The notes under the pieces were generated by a model. That model worked only from the letters and a program-made list of their open reading frames with translations, searched no databases and was not told the DNA's origin. DNA of 62,769 bases, filler included, from Choristocarpus tenellus KU-1152 (taxonomy: Eukaryota > Protista > Phaeophyceae), in NCBI GenBank assembly GCA_964200185.2. It is 9 parts of 9 records of this genome, joined end to end, with 100 filler letters (N's around TTAATTAATTAA, not from the genome) between each part and the next. Parts side by side here need not be neighbours in the genome. Positions count along the whole stretch, not along the records: positions 38,894 to 51,904 come from CAXNAD020001617.1; positions 52,005 to 57,644 come from CAXNAD020010164.1; positions 57,745 to 62,769 come from CAXNAD020012129.1; 6 more parts are not named here. One strand, written 5' to 3'. A program made the translations under genes and the position numbers. Shown in pieces: positions 51,041 to 62,769 of the stretch (the first letter of the stretch is position 1; the number at the start of each line of letters is the position of its first letter).

Positions 51041-51846
51041 ACCCAGTGCAAAATTGAAATTGTATATTGTTAGCAATGTAGAATAAAAAATGTCACACTT
51101 CCCCTCAACTCCCTGTGGAGCATTAGCCCTTAACACAAGGCGCTATGTGCTTATAAAAGGGAGGGACCAAAGACTATACTTGGAGTCTCCTTCCACTGTC
51201 ATTAGCAGAAAAACCATCTGAAAATGATCTACTCCTTTGGAATAGATTGCCCATCTGATCATGAATTACTGTTTGAGATATAATGTCCAACGTTTCAACC
51301 TCAGCAGACACAATTTTTTCCATCAGGAAAAGTATCTTTTCAATTCTCACCATGAAGCTACTCCACAAGGTGAGTTCTACAAAGTGCATCGCAGCATAGG
51401 TGTACCCTTACATAGCCCATACATTGGGAAAATGTAAAGGTTGTTGCTTCAATGTTCAAATCAACGCCACTGGGAGAGCACATAACAGATTAAAGGGAGG
51501 TGTGGGTGTAAACCAGCGATGGGATGACTTGATGTAACTCACAAGAAGCAAGAACACCACCAGAGGAGGTAGAGGTGATGGGGGGTTTTGTATAGAGCAG
51601 TTGCAGTTAACCTTTCGAGAAAAAAAGTGGGCTAATGGCAGTCCAGACTACAGATTGCTTAGCAAGTGTCATATTAATAAAAAATAATAATTAAAACCTC
51701 CCCTACATAAAAGTTCGAGCATGAGGATATTCATTATAACAAAATTAACAGAGAAGAGAAAATAAAAATATAATCTGAAGTACATAACGAACATTTTCTA
51801 GTGAATATAGTACAGAAATGTGTCTGGTACACAATATAAAAAAGAA

Positions 51847-51904
51847 GGCTCAAAGTATCTGGGGGGGGGGGGGAGGGGCGTATATGGCGGTGGCCCAGCG
51901 GCCC
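51847..51904. mobile_element. MITE family B-like terminus (contig end)
   Basis: ggctcaaagtatctgggggggg. Confidence 0.75.
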
Positions 51905-52004
51905 NNNNNNNNNNNNNNNNNNNNNNNNNNNNNNNNNNNNNNNNNNNNTTAATTAATTAANNNNNNNNNNNNNNNNNNNNNNNNNNNNNNNNNNNNNNNN
52001 NNNN
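51905..52004. other. Artificial contig linker
   Basis: N44-TTAATTAATTAA-N44. Confidence 0.98.
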
Positions 52005-53446
52005 GTCCTGTGCCCCCAGTCAACCAGAATTCTCCCGCCCACAAAACTCAGTTTACTTCATAAACTCTCACATTACATTGTGTTTGGATATCGTCCACAT
52101 AGTTGAATCGAAGTTCTCAGAACACAACCTCTATCAAAAACGTATCACACAGAAACCTGCATTTTCCATAATGTATGTGTCTGAGATAAAAAACAAAATC
52201 TATTCCTCTCAAAAATATTTTATCAACAACAAACAGATAATATGTGATGAAGTGATTTTCACATTTAGGACAGGTGTTACGTTTTAGGGTTTAGTCTGTG
52301 AATAGTTTTTGTTTTTTTTCCGACACATATTCGAAAATGTTAGAAGTGGAAAATAATATATATATATATATATGTGATATAGCCATCGCACACTATACAC
52401 CCATACACTAGCACTCTTCGTTCTTGATCCTGAATGAGAACTGAAAAGGATCTTAGATGAATGAATATTGGAACGTACTAAACTCATATTGTTTTGCTGT
52501 GTAAGGTCTATTTCCAGCAATCAAGTGACGTTTTGTTCAAGTTTAACTGGAACAGTTACACGATAATCCAACTGTCACCCAGACAAAAAGTACATACTTT
52601 AACTGACCGCACCCACTATCGTTCCTTTGAAGCCATTCATATGAAAGGATACCAAGTAGGGTTGGTTGCGTGCTCGGACTGCTGTTATACACAGGATTGG
52701 GACCAAAACGAAGAGGTAAGCTGTACGCAATCCCTTTTGATATCCGTCAACAGTAGTGTTGCTTCCGAGATATTTGGTTGGCATTGGGGGAGCGATATTT
52801 TGTAATGCTGAAGGACCAATCACAATTTCGGTGCATAGATTTGTTCCACACCTTCCAGGTCACAGGATGATATCCTGTCTTACAAGGTCTGGCATGACCT
52901 TTGATAATGTTGTTAGCGCATCAGCGTAGAGGACATCGATTGTGAAGGGTTGCCCTGCAGCCTTCAAACTGAACCTTGGGTTGAGGCACGTTAGATCAGA
53001 ACAGATTACCCCATGAGTCGCACTCGACTATCCGTTCCCCGAAGAGATGCTTCAAACCCCTCGAGGAGACATCGACTCTTCCCTTTATACTACCTCTTCG
53101 TTCCTTACTACTACCCTTACTACGTAATATTGTCTTTCTCCCTGGAAGAGTCCCTGATTGGTGCTGTGTTTACCTCTTCGTCTTTGGAACAGCTAATGAA
53201 CCCATACTTCTCTCGCCACGATGAACATGAACAGGTGACCTGACATTATCCGCTATTTACTTGTCTCCTTCAAAAAAGATTTCTTGAAAGCTCTAGAGTT
53301 TAGGGTTACAACTGCCAGCTCTTCTGACACATCAGCAACGAACCAAAATAATTGTGACGCAATTCATTTGTGAAACGAGGTGTGGACGTTTTTTTTAGTA
53401 AGACTTTTTAGACCCCTCTCCTTAGCATCGCTGGTACTCTCTCCAG

Positions 53447-56400
53447 ATGTCAGGAACGATTCACACGACTGAGAGGAAACCTCGTATGTTTACATTCCTG
53501 ACAGTATCTTCTGCTCTCTTGTGGATGGACACAGGTGCAAAAGCTGCCATGATTGTACAGTGCGTGCTAGTGCTTGTTCTATTCACGTCTCCAGCACTCA
53601 GGGCTGAAGCGACTGGTCTGTCAGTGAGGGACGGGCCTTCTGCGGTGCCGTTTTACATTTATGACCGTGATGAGTATCCTTCCTTGCAGCCCTTGACCAC
53701 TCTTTTGTCTGAGACAGAGATCAAGGAGCAATGCTCAGTGGCTCGTGAGAGACTATCTGTTCCCTATTGGGTAAGATCTTTTGGTTTGTGTCGTTCGTGC
53801 AACTACTGAGTCTATTATGTTCTTTTTGACAATGTTACATGCAGAGAACATAGAGTGTGTAGCATATTTTGATGGGGAAGAGGACTCCGAGGATATCAAT
53901 GTCTTCACTCGAAACGTAGCCTACAACTACATGCGCATGCTCTCTAATACATCTGTGTTGTGCACATGAGGATTTGCATAGAGTAAATCGTGACATTTTT
54001 GTCTTCAATCTTCACAACAATCCCCATCTTTCAGATTACAAATGTGGAGTGGCTCAAAAGCCTCTGGAACCACCCGTGGAGAAGAATGGATCCGGAGGAT
54101 GCAGAACTCTTTGTAATCCCGTTTGATGTAGAAGCGTCTTTTATTGCTGGAATATGCAGGGGGGAAAGTCATTATGACCGAACATCTAAAGCAGTACAGA
54201 CGGTGATATCCAGCCCATGGTATCAGCGAAATCATGGCCGAGATCATTTTTGGCCGGTGAGGTGCATACCTTTTATCTTTGTCTATTGCCTCCTGTAACA
54301 CATCAATCTGGGCCTTCAAAAAAAGGCCATCAAATCGCAGCTTGTCTTATGTGTGCTTATTGGTGTTATAGAATAGGCTGCTGAGCCAAAGAATCTTAGA
54401 GGGTTGGGCCGCGTCCATTTGGGGGCCAAAATCCAATGTTGCGATTTTGATGTAATTTTGGCTATCTTGTTTGTCAGAAAGTATCAATATCCTTGTTCCG
54501 GACACACCTTTCCATAACGTACATATTTTACATACTCCAACATATTTTCGAGTAGGAAAATGTCATGAAAAAAAACATGGAAAGCGAAGCCTCAAATGGA
54601 CAAACAGGGCAAAACTCGTACCCTCTAAGATACTTTCACTCTACTGAGTGTGTGTGTGAGTTGTGGTTACTCTGAACCTTCGCATGCAAATGACCCAATC
54701 TATGCTTGAGTGATTGTGGACGCTGCTTGTGGTGTGTCTCTGCTAAGGTATCCCTCCTCTCAACTTGCTGTATTTTTTGTTTAATGATGCAGATGTCTGA
54801 CTGGAAGCTTGAATTTGAGTACTTTGAATCCTATCCCAAATCCTTGAGGGAAGTCATACGCAATATGACAGTGGGTAGGTACATGGATGACCGCCAGAAC
54901 GTCCAGGATGTTTCCTACTGGGTGGATGATGCCAATTTGGCTGTACCATGGTGGAGGCAAAGGTGTAAATGGCGGTGTACCCTTTCAACACCAGTGAGGG
55001 CAGGACAGCAACTATTTAAGGATAACCTCTCCTATGAAGAATGGAACGCAAGAGGAGTCTTCTTGTTTTTCCGAGGGAGGTACAAAGATTGCAATGACCC
55101 ATCTGCTGCGTTATCTAGGTCAAAGGTCTTTGAGCTGAGCGTCCTCCCAAACGTGAGCATCTCCAAGTCCCATGCAAAGTCAATCGAGGTGAGAGGACTC
55201 ACATAAAGGTGATTAAAAGGTTTAGATGTATTTGTATTCAAACTTCCAACATGCTGTAAGGTTATGAATATAATTGAGGGGAGACAAGAATAGAAAAGTA
55301 CCTTTTCTAAATGCTGCTACTCTACTGTATTGGCACTGCATAAAATGTAGATAATCCACATCAATTAGAAGCTGTATGGCATACATGAAGAATCTGGTCA
55401 TGTAGCTGCCTTGATAGACCAGCATATAAAAGGCTAGATAAATATATCGTGTTCAAAACACCTTGCCAGTGACAGAGGACTCTGTGGTATGTTTTGCGTA
55501 AGATAAGAAACAAGTAAATGGAGGATATGGTGTCCAGTAGTGCTTGAAATTTGTGGATTTATACTCCATAGTATGTTAAGAATGACGTACAGATATCGAA
55601 GGTCAGGCATTCAGCTCAGTCCATTAATTGAGCTTTTCGGTTTGTTCCTTTTGAATATGTGTATACCCATCCTCTGTCGACGTTCAGGTCGCATTAGAGG
55701 TCAGTGTATAGAGTTAATTGATAAATACTGGGAGTGGCAAATATCAATCTCTTGCAGCAAAAATGCTTGTAATACAGACTGGCGAATGATCATTAGTGTT
55801 ATTCTGTTCTGATTAAGAATGGTGTCCAATAGATTTATGTGTTCGCTTATGTTTTCAGATATTTCATCCACCCTGACAAGACATCTGTGGAGAATGACAA
55901 GCAATAACTCCAATGTGGATTGGCAAGTAGCAATGGTCACGGTATCGCTGCTACCTAGGACAAGGGGGTAGATCTAGGCTTCACCTCAGCTGTTTGATTC
56001 AAAACATCAATCAAACTGTTGAAGACAGCAGTGACATGAATGGTCGCAATCTTTTGTTTGCGCTGCACTTCTTTATACATCCACAATTGAGGTCAGACTA
56101 CACAACCTCGACTGAATTTTCCGTTCACATTTTGCCTCTCAACTTTCTTAAGTTGCTTATTGCTACCCACTGTCAACCAGATTTCGTTCTGACTTCGTCC
56201 CATCAAGGAAGATGGTGCAGAGTGAGTTATAGAATTTGGCATTGATTCTCAAGGTGGAAGTCCGCATTGCTTCTTTATTTCTGAGTTGAAAGATGTATCA
56301 GAATTTGGTGAGCCTGTACGCTTATATCCGTCTAGTATAAAATTTACACCGAGTATTAATTGTTTATTTTCAAGTAACCAGTTGATGTTATTTCATTCTA

Positions 56401-57375
56401 CCACATGCATAGATTGAAATTCAACAATCCTCTTGCTGTCTCATAACAGTATGACAATCATATTCTGGACTTGATTGTAAAGAGAATCTAGTCCATATCA
56501 TTGATTTGAACGGGGTATCGTTTTTTGTAGTTTGTACTGATTTGAGTTTTATATGTAGACAGTTCATTGCCTCAAGGTTGGCATTGCACAATATTGCAAG
56601 ATGAAGGATACGCACAGATAACGAATTTTGGTCCCATTGACCAAAGTTGTGTGTCTAGCAGGATCTCTTGTGGTGGACACTATTGCATGAAATTGGATTG
56701 ATCAACTAACCACGGTCCTCTCAAGAAATATGCCTGAAATTGCTTCATCTATAGCACTATTATCAAAGGTCGATGAGGAGAACTGCATAGATTTTTCTTT
56801 TTCGTCCTATCCTATTTTGAGCAGGTTCAATACTCATTCCATTGCTTACAAACGATTGATGTTCCATGCCACTCTTTCCTCACAGAGCTTTGTCTCAGAG
56901 ATTCAAGATTCAAAGTTCTGCCTAGTCATATCTTGTGATGACCCGCAGACAAGCAGGTAAGTAGGTGAGGACAAAACAAATCATGGGCATTTTATGGCAA
57001 GACGTTCAACAGTATTAGACCCAACTGCTTAGCATCTAGAATTATGGAGTGTGGTGCCTAAAGATCAATCAACTGTTAGGTTTAATTTAATACCATGGTC
57101 CCAAGTATATCTTGACCAGGTTCAATAGAGTACGAACAATTGAATAGAGTGGAGAAAAATACAAGTCATGATGATATACTTGAAATTCAAACGTTTTATT
57201 ATTTATGACTTGAAATTTCTTCCTGATGGCCATGTACATATGAATTCACAGATACGCTACCGCCTTGGCAGCTGGGTGCATGCCCGTCATCATAGACAGT
57301 GGCTTCCGTTTGGCGGTCGCCCCATTCAACCGGTTGATAAATTACGATCAGATCATGATCACCGTGCCATCCCAG
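53447..57375 (+). CDS. Exostosin-family (GT47) glycosyltransferase, 3'-truncated; exons ~53447-53770, 54035-54256, 54793-55188, 56886-56956, 57252-57375
   Basis: Hydrophobic N-terminus, FYIYD, HPWRRMDPEDAELFVIP, SPWYQRNHGRDHFW, FLFFRG, SKFCLVISCDDPQTSR|YATALAAGCMPVII...PF...INY. Confidence 0.92.
54383..54641. mobile_element. MITE family A, full length, inverted, in GT47 intron 2
   Basis: gagccaaagaatcttagaggg ... ccctctaagatactttcactc, flanked by TGCT/TACT. Confidence 0.9.
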
Positions 57376-57591
57376 GTCAGGTCCTATACCCATGCATGAA
57401 GGAAAGAGGCGTCTATGAGAGTTGAGGTCCGCAATGTTGGTGCTGAACCCAAGCTATTTCAACTCCTGCCCTGGAACAATGCAACCTGTCTACGTGGTCT
57501 TGAGTTTGTCGTATATGGCATGGATCGAGGGCACAGAATATTATACATTAGACTGCACTGTTTGCTTGAGGCCTACTCTGACAAGGTTAGG

Positions 57592-57644
57592 GACCCAACG
57601 TATCCGAGAGGGGGGGGGGTGTCTACACCAGAGTGTGCATTTGG
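57592..57644. mobile_element. MITE family B, partial (contig end)
   Basis: gacccaacgtatccgagagggggg...tctacaccagagtgtgcatttgg. Confidence 0.8.
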
Positions 57645-57744
57645 NNNNNNNNNNNNNNNNNNNNNNNNNNNNNNNNNNNNNNNNNNNNTTAATTAATTAA
57701 NNNNNNNNNNNNNNNNNNNNNNNNNNNNNNNNNNNNNNNNNNNN
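57645..57744. other. Artificial contig linker
   Basis: N44-TTAATTAATTAA-N44. Confidence 0.98.
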
Positions 57745-58221
57745 TTAAAAAAACTTTCCTTCCTCCTTGTCGGGGCCCACCCGCCACCCCGGGGTGGCCC
57801 CCCCCCCCCCCCCCCCCCAGTTACTTTGAGCCTGATTGCATTGTAAAACTAATGACTAAGATACAAATGGGCAGGTTTGAAAAGGGTGTTCACATTCCCT
57901 TTGGCTTTAGCAATGGTCCCAACAGTCTATGTCTTATGAGTCATCTGTTTTCTGTCTGCTGAATGCATCAATAATATGCACATACATAGATTCATCCCAT
58001 GTGGTTATCCACTGTACAGAAGTGTGCCTGGAGCCTTCTGCCCTACAAATTCGCTTCTTTTTTTTTTCTATCACCTACGTTCAATAGTGGATGAGATCGC
58101 CAGTTCACATCCCTCACCATACCAGAGGATGACTGAACCCCTCTCATTCTACCTCTTCTCCCACCCCTCAAAAACTTGATTTGCCCCCTCCTGCCCCCAT
58201 CCCCATCCCCATCCTCATCAG

Positions 58222-58637
58222 TATTCTTGGTGCTCTTAGTAGCTGTGTACTTGATTTGGATAATTCATCTCTTGTACAGCAGTCGTGACCTTCTGGACCA
58301 CCTGTTCCGCAGCATCACCCTTCTGAACCGGTCCTTCTCGTACCTGGTCCTGTACTCCTTGAGCCTGTTTGCATGCGAATTGGTGCTGGTCGGGCTTATC
58401 ACGGCAAGCTTCTACCCTTACTCTACTTCAACGTCAGTATCGCTGGCTCTTCATGGGGTCATCAATATATACGTCTGGGGACTGGCCATTTGTTTCACCC
58501 CTGTAGAGAAGGTACGAAACGCATCTGTTGCTGGTGAGCACACGAATGGAGTGCAAGCGACTGAGGAGGCGGGTATGGCTGGGGTGTATCCTCCAGCAAC
58601 AACAAACTTTGATGTCACTGGGCCAAGCAACATTTGA
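58222..58637 (+). CDS. Last exon of a multipass membrane protein, TMEM181/Wntless (MIG-14)-like
   Basis: Three hydrophobic helices ending STSVSLALHGVINIYVWGLAICFTP (compare the family's GxxNxYxxxLAxxYxP terminal helix). Acceptor cctcatcag at 58221. Confidence 0.7.
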
Positions 58638-59184
58638 GCTAATGATGCAGTTACCTGAGCAGCAGATCTGGAAACCGATAAGGATCTGAAAATGCAATTG
58701 AGCCAGATGGAGGGGGGAGAGGGTTGCTGAGCATGGCCTTCATGGGGTTTTCAGTTGGGGTGGCGTCTATCTCTACCTGGGCTTATTCGCACTGCCTGGT
58801 GAGGGAGGGGGGGGGGAGTGATAGTTGATAGATAGTTTTGCTTGAAAGAGTAAGTCATGAATCATGCCTCGTAATGGCAAGGTCGCACATTTAGTTTGCT
58901 TAATGTAAACTGGACTGTTTAAGGAAGAAGACCATCATCCTGAGACTGGAGTATTGTTTTGGTATCATATTTCAATGTAGGATTTTATCTCTCCAGGTTT
59001 TTATAGTGGTATGTTATTTGACACAGATTTCTTAGTTGCTGGATGGTGTTATTGCCACTGTTTGAAGATGTGGTCTCTCCTTTTACTGTTCCCACCTTAT
59101 TGGTTTAGATGTCCAGCTTTATTATATCAGGTTTGTTTTGATAGATCCATTTACTATTCCTTTGTTTGATGCTCACTCATGTCG

Positions 59185-59361
59185 GACTCACAGTACCTGG
59201 GGGGTGGGGGGTCTACACCAGGGTGTCCATTTGGACTCTGACTATGAGATCTGCTTTTACATTATCCTTCTGATGCATGCAAGCAAAGCAACCAAAAATT
59301 GTGACATGGAAAAATGGGCCCCAAATGGATAGCCGCCACCCCCCCCTAGATTCTTTGAGCC
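59185..59361. mobile_element. MITE family B, full length
   Basis: gactcacagtacctgggggg ... cccctagattctttgagcc. Confidence 0.87.
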
Positions 59362-60399
59362 ACGTTTTTTTTTGTCTATGTAGGCTTGACTTGGGTAGAA
59401 ACCACAAGGCGTGGATGCTTCAGCAAATTGTCTCTTTCAGTGATCCTGTCACTTGCCCCCCATACTAGCCCATCCCACAATCACCTCCAAACCTGCGTTT
59501 TAGCTACTTGCTCTGTGATGTTTTTCCTTTAAGGGTTAGGGTTAGCCTAATTTTGACGATGTAATGTTTAGATCTTTCATGGTGTGTTGGATGAGTTGTA
59601 GTACTTATACCATTCCACAACAGAAAAATATCTCCAGAGTGGGATGGAAAGAGAGAGTGCAGAGCTTTTTTTTCAGTTTTGGAGTTTTACTGACCATTTT
59701 TTTCAACTTCCATGCTCTAAAGGAAGGATTGATGTGATAGGTTGAGACCCTGGGGTGAGAGGAGGGGGCTATTCAACAAACTAGACCAACAAAATTTACT
59801 CATTTGCTTGATTTGAGCTTCTGTTTCTTCACATGCTTTTTGTATTTTTAATGATGAGCTCCTCAAGAACCTTGTAGAAAAAATGATAAAGAGAATTCGT
59901 TGCAACCCATTGGAGTATTTATTGTCTTGGTACATAAATCACCTGCAAATGTCGGGAGAGATGTCAATTCTACCAGCTGCGCTATGTGATATGTTTTTTA
60001 AAACCAGAGGCTCCTCCACAACAAATTGACGTTTTTTTGTGTCTTGTTACTATCACAATTCATGGTACAATTCATGGTACAATTCATGGTATGAAAACCA
60101 CTCTTTGCTGAGCAAACATAGGAGTCACCCACCTTGTTCTTCGCAACAGAGGGTCTGATCTTGCATGAGACTGCACTCGTATTTTGACTACATGGTAAGT
60201 GGCAAGACTTGAATGTCAGCTCCTCCACTCCTTGATGGCAGTTGCTCTGAACACAAGAGGCATGATAAGTTAAGCTGCAATGTACTCTAGACTTGCTTCA
60301 ATTGCCTATCTCTGCTGGTTGGGTTATTGCCGGGATTGGAGGGGAATGGGGTGCACCAAAAGTTTGATTTTGTATCTCCATTTTGTCTTCCTATCAAAT

Positions 60400-61870
60400 A
60401 AGCAGCTCCCTTATCACCTCTTCTTTATGGGCTGCATTTTTTTTTAAAAAAATTGGAGGGGAATTGGACCACATGTTGCGGAGGATGACAGGGAACAGAG
60501 CCTTGGTTATCAATTGCAAGATGACAGAGTAGTGGTCATGTGTATCAGAGAACCATTGTTGTACAAGCTTGCAATGCTTCATCTAATGTGCAAAGACTAT
60601 ACTAGTCACAGTACACTGTCATTTCGCGGCTCTTTGTCATCGCCTGCATCCCAAGAAGACTGGTTCAAGTCACTCACACAGGGACCTATTAATTGTACCA
60701 ACAGCAAAAAGCAGTACCATACAGCTGCATCAAATAACGTGAAACTAGGCAGCAGGACAGTTAGTCTAGAGTTAAGGAAATAGAGTCAAAGGTGACCTTA
60801 TCATCTTCTTGAGGCGTAGTGAGGCACAAGTAATTCACAGTGTGGTGTCAGTTAATGCTTTCCATCCCCAAGAGTACCATAGTGTATTGCAGGCCCTTGC
60901 AACACAATTATCAAGATGTAGACAAAATATGAAGGATGAAGACCACACGGAAACTTTGGCAATGCAGCATACCTTCACCCTCGATCAAGCAATCTAACCA
61001 CAACTCATCCTGATTTCCCGAACATCCAACCCTGTACACTCATTTCATTATGTAAGAACGCTAATAATACATGAAGGTACATTCCTTAACCTCCATAGAA
61101 CTCAAAATCTGTATCTGATTCGAAACCGCAACATGTGAGGAGGATGAGGCTAGGGTCTAACTGGGTCCTTAGTTCATGAAAAAAAAGTGAAAGAGGAACC
61201 CATTTGGCATGTTCAGAGGTGCCTAAGCGAAAGAATTAGTTCATTTCGGAGTATTAAGAGTGGCCTGGGGTGTTTGATCAACTCCATGGTGTTGATTACA
61301 CCATAAAATATAATATCGGAGGAGACTTCTGCCCCTAACTCTCCCCCCTCGTCCATCAGGATGATGGTCAGAATGTCATGTGAGGTTGATTTTATGGTTG
61401 TGCATGGCATTCTCATTTACTTTGAAGTAGAAGAGAAGGAGTTTTATAGTACAATCTAGATGAAAAAGTCTACCATGCATCTCAACATCAGGGTTGCAGG
61501 GGCCTATATGGGAAGACAGTTTGCCTCCTACCAAATCTGTACGGCCTTGAGCAAACATCAACAGCATGAAGGACAAAACTTACTCATGTCAACGCTAAAT
61601 TCAGCACATTTGAGGAGTGCTTGATTAACCCCTCTCTTTGTGTCTAGAATGATCAAGCGTAGTTTTTTCCCTTTCATGTTAGGGTCCTGGAGTTCCATGT
61701 TGACAATATGCTCGCTACTACGTATGGTTTGGACCACACGTGATTCCTGCATTGTCCTCCACAGTACTCCACCCAAAATTTAGGTTTCCCGACCAAGAAA
61801 TTTGACTCAAGTGTGTTTTGCTTTCTGGTTACATGTACTTGACAAATAGGGAAATATCTGTACACTAAGC
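60400..61870 (-). pseudogene. Heavily decayed hAT-like transposase (tentative)
   Basis: FCLHLDNCVARAC (CxxHxLxxxV-like) followed by IR*S (RWS with TGG>TGA). Many stops. Confidence 0.3.
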
Positions 61871-62611
61871 ATGACCCCGACTGTCTTTCATTGATATCTT
61901 ACGTGACCTTTTCCTATCCGATTCACAAGCCCAATCTCTGTTGCCATCTCTAGAAAATGGAGCTCAAGGAGGAAAATGATGAAACCGAGGAATGAATGTT
62001 CCATGCAACAAGGTTCAGGAGATCACTGGGGGTGAGCAATGTGGATTGATCGATCGATTGATAAATCGATTGGTTGGTTGATCTACACACATTTACTAGT
62101 TCATTTTCTTGGACTCATAGTTGGAGGGCAGCAAAAACTGAGTGCAGATAATAATAATGACAACAAAAAGCAGAGTACATACAGAAGCGCAGAAAATGGA
62201 GGATTGTAATGCAAAAGTATATACTACTAGTATGTTATTAATAAAAATACAGTAGAAAAGTTAAATACACAACGTGGTACAATGGAAGGAACTACAAGAT
62301 ATAATAAACCTTGAAACTCAAATAATAGGCGTGAGATAAATAGGTCCAAAAAACCATATCCAAACAGATATCAGGTTCAGTTTCGAGGGCCACACGACAA
62401 GCAGAAGTATCCTATCCACCCTCATTCACATACCACAAATTATGTCAGTATCCATTTATCCAACCGGCTCCGCACCGACACATGCAACAACCACCAGTAT
62501 CAAGGATGAGCAACATGGCCCGAAAAATGTGACCAATGCAATGAGAGCAGTGTCTCGTCATTCTCATGCACACAGTATGGCGCATTGAAACACTGCGATT
62601 CACATCCTGAA

Positions 62612-62769
62612 GACTCAAAGTATCTGCGGGGGGGGTGACGGCTGTCCATTTGTGGTCAATTTTTTCATGTCGCGATTTTTGAGTGATTTGATTGCATACG
62701 TCGGATGGATAATGTAAATGCACTTTTCCTGGTTTTGGTCTAAATGGACACCCTGGTGTAGATCCCCCC
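62612..62769. mobile_element. MITE family B (runs off window end)
   Basis: gactcaaagtatctgcgggggggg...gtccatttgtgg...aaatggacaccctggtgtag. Confidence 0.88.

Noticed and set aside
55600-56750. Coding-like decayed sequence in GT47 intron 3 (similar case at 39700-41000 in the WW gene intron)
   Set aside because: No recognisable motif. Probably old TE debris, but unassignable by eye.
60056-60092. 3 x 12-bp repeat (acaattcatggt)
   Set aside because: Simple slippage repeat in degenerate DNA.

Overview
This is intron-rich eukaryotic DNA from a photosynthetic stramenopile, most likely a brown alga or close relative (GT-AG introns, an AVA-F bipartite plastid-targeting peptide, CCCTAA/TTAGGG repeats). 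It is not one locus: nine contigs are joined by eight artificial 100-bp linkers (44 N + TTAATTAATTAA + 44 N), so adjacency across linkers means nothing. Spliced genes reconstructed by eye: UFD1 (3' part), a BRCA1/BARD1-like RING+BRCT protein with two Tudor/SH3-barrel-like repeats head-to-head with SKA1, a flavin-reductase-like gene head-to-head with plastid THF1/Psb29, a complete aromatic-amino-acid-decarboxylase-family gene, an intronless F-box-like ORF, an FN3-domain gene, a 3xWW protein, a FAD amine-oxidase/carotenoid-desaturase-like gene, an exostosin (GT47) glycosyltransferase and a TMEM181/Wntless-like last exon. Non-genic DNA holds about 20 copies of two related MITE families, a 78-bp minisatellite, a TIR element carrying telomeric repeats, and decayed Tc1/pogo/MULE/hAT-like transposases. 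The best lead is the decarboxylase: its catalytic-loop Tyr is replaced by Ile and it has an N-terminal hydrophobic anchor, which suggests an aromatic aldehyde synthase. The second lead is the RING-Tudor-Tudor-BRCT architecture.
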